Below, one piece after another: positions 59,570 to 64,000 of a DNA stretch of 64,000 nucleotides. Position numbers and translations under genes: made by a program. Source of the stretch: Ramazzottius varieornatus (lineage: Eukaryota; Animalia; Tardigrada); contig BDGG01000009.1 in assembly GCA_001949185.1 (NCBI GenBank), positions 248,001 through 312,000 of the forward strand, in the 5' to 3' direction. Each line of letters begins with the position of its first letter. The first letter of the stretch is position 1. The notes below the pieces were generated by a model that saw nothing but the letters and a program-made list of their open reading frames with translations, was not told the DNA's origin and did not search any database.

Positions 59570-61521
59570 TCATGGCCGCTGGTAGGTACAGGCTGAAAGA
59601 GTGGAAAGGATGAGCATTGGGAAGAGCAGGTAGAAGAAGGTGGAGTGCGGTCGGCCGGCCACCGATTCCACGTTGATCTTGTCCGTTTCGTATTTGGCGT
59701 AAGAGCGGTAGCGTAGCACTTTCCGACCGCCCAACTCCTGTACAGGCCGGAAGTTGTTTTTGATGAAAGGTGCAGCCGTATGATTATCACTTTTATCCGG
59801 GTGGAAGGCCCGCAAAGATCGGAAAGCCGCCAACTGCAACATACAGAAATTATTTCTCTACGAGATATCGGTCCGGGCCGTGCCGACACCAACTTGAAAA
59901 GATAATTATTTCGAAGGTAAAGAGCAGTGAATCGATCTTGGCAAACGACTAGATCGTTTCCCAAAGTGGCGCACGGATTCGATGTTTTTGGCTGGCCGCA
60001 TGCGTCGCTCACAATGTGACTTTGTCGACTTTGGTTTTCCCAGTGACGCACGTTTCCATCAAATATGGCTTAAGAGCGTGCGCCACTTGGGAAAACCATC
60101 TGGTCGAGTTTGTTTGACAATCTCCCAAAGAGATTGTCAAACCAGAATGGTTTTGAAAAGAATGGTTTGTAAAGTTGTGAATTTGGCCGCATGTCACATA
60201 CTTGGTTGGAATTAACGCGAATAGGTTGGCGCATGACCGACCATTGCACAGTGACATCGCAAGGCGGTGTCGTCAGAGATCCATTATAGCGGAAGAAGTC
60301 GGGTAGATGAGGAAGAATGGATTTGAGGGTGAAGTCTGGCAATGTCACATTACGTACAGCTGAAAAGCCACAAGGAACACGTCAGTCTCTCTTCACGAAG
60401 CCCTTCAGTAGGCATGTCGAGCCCCAGCTCGAGCCGGCAACAGAGACTATTGGGCCCAATGCTCCTGTTTATCCCTTCTTGTTGACTTTGTAACACAAAG
60501 TCGGCCATGCTAGCGTCAATGGATAGAAGGAGCACTTCTTTTTTTGGTACTTACTGCCTGCAGCTTGGATCAACTGTAAAGCGTTGGTAATAGGAGTGAG
60601 CTGATGATTGGCAACGTTGCCCAACTCAAAGAAAACAGCCACCACAGCATATCCAATCTCGTCGTTGGCACGTTCCTGCGCACTCTTGTTGCGCCGCAAA
60701 TGGACCAAATGCATCTGGAAACATGAGAACCGTCACGTAAACGATACCCTCTCCACAGATTCGCTATAAACTTTAAGCGAAGAGCAGCTGGATAGCCACC
60801 CGTACTTTCAACTCTTGTCTAAACAAATACTGATATCTGGTATTTTGCGACAAAGGACCGAAGAACTTTGAGCGAATGAGGCACGTATAGGGGCTCAGCA
60901 AACTCACTCAACCAAATCGCTTTTTCAAGTGGCGCATGCTTCCAGCTAATATCACCCAGTACGTGCGCAACTTGGAAAAGCAAGCGCGGTAAAATTGATT
61001 TTACAAGCGGCGCGCGCTTCCAGCCAATATCACTACGAATGTGCCAAAATTATGAAACGTGTCTGGTCGAGTTTGTTTGCCGAGCCCTCGTGAGGTACCT
61101 CAAGAGGGTAGCGTCTCCCATCCAGGTGGTGTTCCGAACCGTAGTGATCGACGTGGGCCCAGTGGAAGTGTATTTGGACTAGGGAATACTTTGCGTGGAG
61201 ACTTCCGCCTTGTAGTTGCGGCGAACAAGGAAAGTCAGCGGATAGTTTCACTGTAAACAGCCACCAGTATACGTAAACGAGTTGAAATATCGGACAAAAC
61301 TACTGATTGGCGCGAAGAAATTAAGTTATCGAAAGAGCGGCAAAGTTTACCTGTATAGCCGTTGTTTTCTAAACGCCATAAATGTCCCGGTGGGACTTCG
61401 TCGTAGTCGATGAACTGGATGGGACGCATGGTGTAATCCTCGGTCACTGTTTGAAAGTCGATATTGATGGGCGATTGGTGTGACCGACCGCACACCGGGT
61501 ACTCGTCTTTCCATCTTTCCG
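59570..61521 (-). CDS. Alpha-carbonic anhydrase with hydrophobic C-terminus (GPI/TM); first exon unresolved
   Basis: YPVCGRSHQSPINI, QIHFHW, GSEH, LEMHLVH (three Zn-ligand His), RYNGSLTTPPC, NNFRPVQ. Confidence 0.92.
59872..60125. mobile_element. Family 2 end plus multi-core family 1 array in a carbonic anhydrase intron
   Basis: GGCCGTGCCGACACCAACTTG followed by repeated GTGGCGCAC/GTGCGCCAC cores. Confidence 0.75.
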
Positions 61522-63214
61522 ACTGAACATTCTCCCAACTTAAGTCTTCCAACCGAACAAGCCGTAGTCCTGCAAACACTTGTAGTCATAACCACTGCTG
61601 CTTTTCACATGGCGGTAAATGAGTTCACGAATCACTCAACCATGGACCAATTTAGATTTCATTCCGTTTCTCGTAGCAGCCAAATGGCGCCCACATTTGC
61701 ATACTATATTTTACAAAGCATTGATTGGGTTGATTGCTTCCTCGTTCAACATCATTGCACTACGGTACGGTTCGGACATCGGTAAATGAGTTCGTCCAGA
61801 AGATTTCCCGAATGGCGCACTTTCCTGGCCAAAACAATGAAGACGTGCGCCACTCGGAATAGCGTTGTGGATGGAATCAACCGCCGACGGTAAGATGGCC
61901 CGGATGTTTCGAACAAAGAAGTCATCAGCACAAAAAGCTGTCATAATATTTTATCTTGTGGTCTGAAAGATGCATGGTTCTTTGTGCTTTTTGACTGTGC
62001 TAGTGGGGTGAGGAAAGATGAAGGTGAAGACAGAGACGATCAAGGTGAAGACGTTGGTGTCAGTTAGCGAAATTGAGTGACAGTGTGTGATGAAGGCTCG
62101 AAGCTGGAGGCTGGATTGAGCTATGCTTGCCGTAAATTACGCAATAGCCATGCATTCGCCATGCCAATTTTCAAGGCTGATATTCATGGATTATTTCGTC
62201 CGTCTCCTCTTCCTTCTTTTTGCTCGGTATCTAACCTCCCTTTTGCTGATCAAAATTCAGGAGGCTTCCTTCCGTCAAGGAAACGTTATATCGATCGGGT
62301 TACACCAGCGGACTTCAGCCGAGGGTGAACGCACAAATCACGACATTATCATGCACTGATTCCACCTCTTCAAAATTTTACTAGCTCAACCAAAAACCTC
62401 GTGAGGAAATAAAAAATATAAATAGCGTTTTTTGAAAACCGATGGTATAGGAAAACCAGCAAACAATCAGTACAATAAAGATAATATTTGGATTCCGACC
62501 TGGAGAAAAACCCGAAAATAGACTTGCTTACCGTTGAAGAATCCAGCAGCAATCAGCAAAAGTCTATCTGACGGTGTCATTATTCGAATAAGACGCAATT
62601 TCTCACCGCAGTGACACAGGATTTCAGAACATCTACACCTATATCAAGCGACACTATTTCCCGGTTCGCACATCAGTCGACGGCGATCCTCGAATTTGTA
62701 CGCAGTGGATCATCATGTCGAGATGAGCAGGTCGGAGGTTATCAGCTTGTGAGCCAGGTCACAACACAATCTCGGAAAGGCAGATATGCGATAAAAGAAG
62801 GAAGATGATGCTGCCAAAATGGAATATCCGTTTTACAATAAATTCCGGCGTGGCGCGGGCTCATCGGATTGCGTATGCCTTCGATATCCATCAAGACGTA
62901 CAAACGATTGCAGTTACATGTAGTAAGGAGAGAAGTTCCTAAGGGAGGAGAAGTACTGCAAGCTCCCTCATGGATTCATCTTGTCTTGGCAGAGAAGACC
63001 CCAGCTGGTTGGCGCGAACAGTATATCACAGGCAGAATGACGTCAGGGAGCACTTGAAACGCCACGCTACTCAAGACTGATGGAAGAGATCGAAGACGAT
63101 GGGCGCGCGTCAGATCGATGGCAAAGCGAAGCATCCTCCATCCACAGACGAACTGCCCTCTCCCCTGACAATCTGGCACTTCTCGGGGTTCTCTGTGCAG
63201 GAAGCTGACCGTAC

Positions 63215-64000
63215 AGCTTTACACAGAGTATTATATATGAGCTTTGTGTGAAACTCTGCAAGATACTCTAAATTCGCTAGACTACCGATCACAGATGGGA
63301 CAAATGACAAAAATCCATTTGACTGTCGCACCTTGTCGGCCATAACAATCAGACGGACTCCTCCCAACTCTCAGGTCGTGAGTAAAAAACCTCGTTCCTG
63401 CCACACTATAGTTGCTGTACAAAAGCACATCTACAACACGGAAAAGGAAAGAGAGAAGATTTATCGCGAGGAATCGAAAATGGGCATTTTTCGTGAAGAG
63501 GAACGTCGGTAAATGAATTGAACACGGTCTTTATCTCAACCGGCGCACGTTTCCATTCGTCCTGACCGGAGGTTTGCGCCACTAGCGAACACGATCATGC
63601 TCAGTTCATTTGCCGACGTCCCAAATTGTGTTCCACTTGAAGAAGCGCGTATTACGAGACAACAAAGAGAGCTGGATAAATTAGCGACCGCTGTAGAACG
63701 ACGAACGTCTTTGGGATGGGAATTTTTCGGCGGGTGGTAGGCTTTGTAGCCGCCTAACGTACGCTTTGGCTTCTCTGTTGTGCTCCTCGAGACCTTCAAA
63801 TTTAAGATCCGACATCATGCGCAAGTTCCACAAGAAGTGCCCCAAGCACTGTGATTTCCAGTTTTTTTCCTTACCGTTGATCCGCACGATACATTTCGTG
63901 TTCTCCATCGTCAAAGCAGCCTCATTTGCCTCCAGTTGCTGCAACGCGACCAAATGACTAGTCTCGTCATCCGGCTTCTCCTCGGCATCTCCGTATAAAG
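63215..64000 (-). CDS. Partial multi-exon gene entering from the right edge, product unknown
   Basis: Phase-consistent exons >=63875, 63793-63707, 63430-63332 and from 63267 (…KCIVRING|LEEHNREAKAYV…H|VLLYSNY…E|YLAEFHTKLIY). 3' end not resolved. Confidence 0.5.

Noticed and set aside
1-63620. Family 1 repeats as a CRISPR array or bacterial REP/BIME system
   Set aside because: Copies are dispersed and degenerate, lack unique regular spacers, sit in spliceosomal introns, and no cas or RAYT gene is present.

Overview
This is a gene-dense eukaryotic window from an invertebrate animal, with many short GT-AG introns (often about 55-90 nt). Compactness and gene content suggest a tardigrade-like genome, but the organism is inferred, not established. 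About 22 protein-coding genes can be reconstructed. These include a spliced secreted Cys-rich protein the ORF track does not assemble, a divergent NAP1, TOM20, a Gly-rich prepro-protein, Slingshot, V-ATPase H, an HP1-like chromodomain protein, cyclin B, TFIIH p34, RXYLT1/TMEM5, a secreted two-cadherin-domain protein, SNW1, TMED2, SAMD15, RABGGTA, RPL8, PSMB1, a TRH-type GPCR, ApoD, an atypical soluble guanylyl cyclase, a CCDC157-like protein, an alpha-carbonic anhydrase and a partial gene at the right edge. There is one tRNA-Asn. Non-coding DNA is dominated by a ~125-bp palindromic MITE-like family (core AAGTGGCGCAC...GTGCGCCACTT, roughly 35-40 cores by eye), plus several Tc1/mariner- and hAT-type MITEs and a tyrosine-recombinase relic. 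The most notable candidate is the HP1-like protein, whose hinge carries a 12-residue-periodic array of LC8-type TQT motifs. All exon structures and family calls were made by eye, with no database searches.
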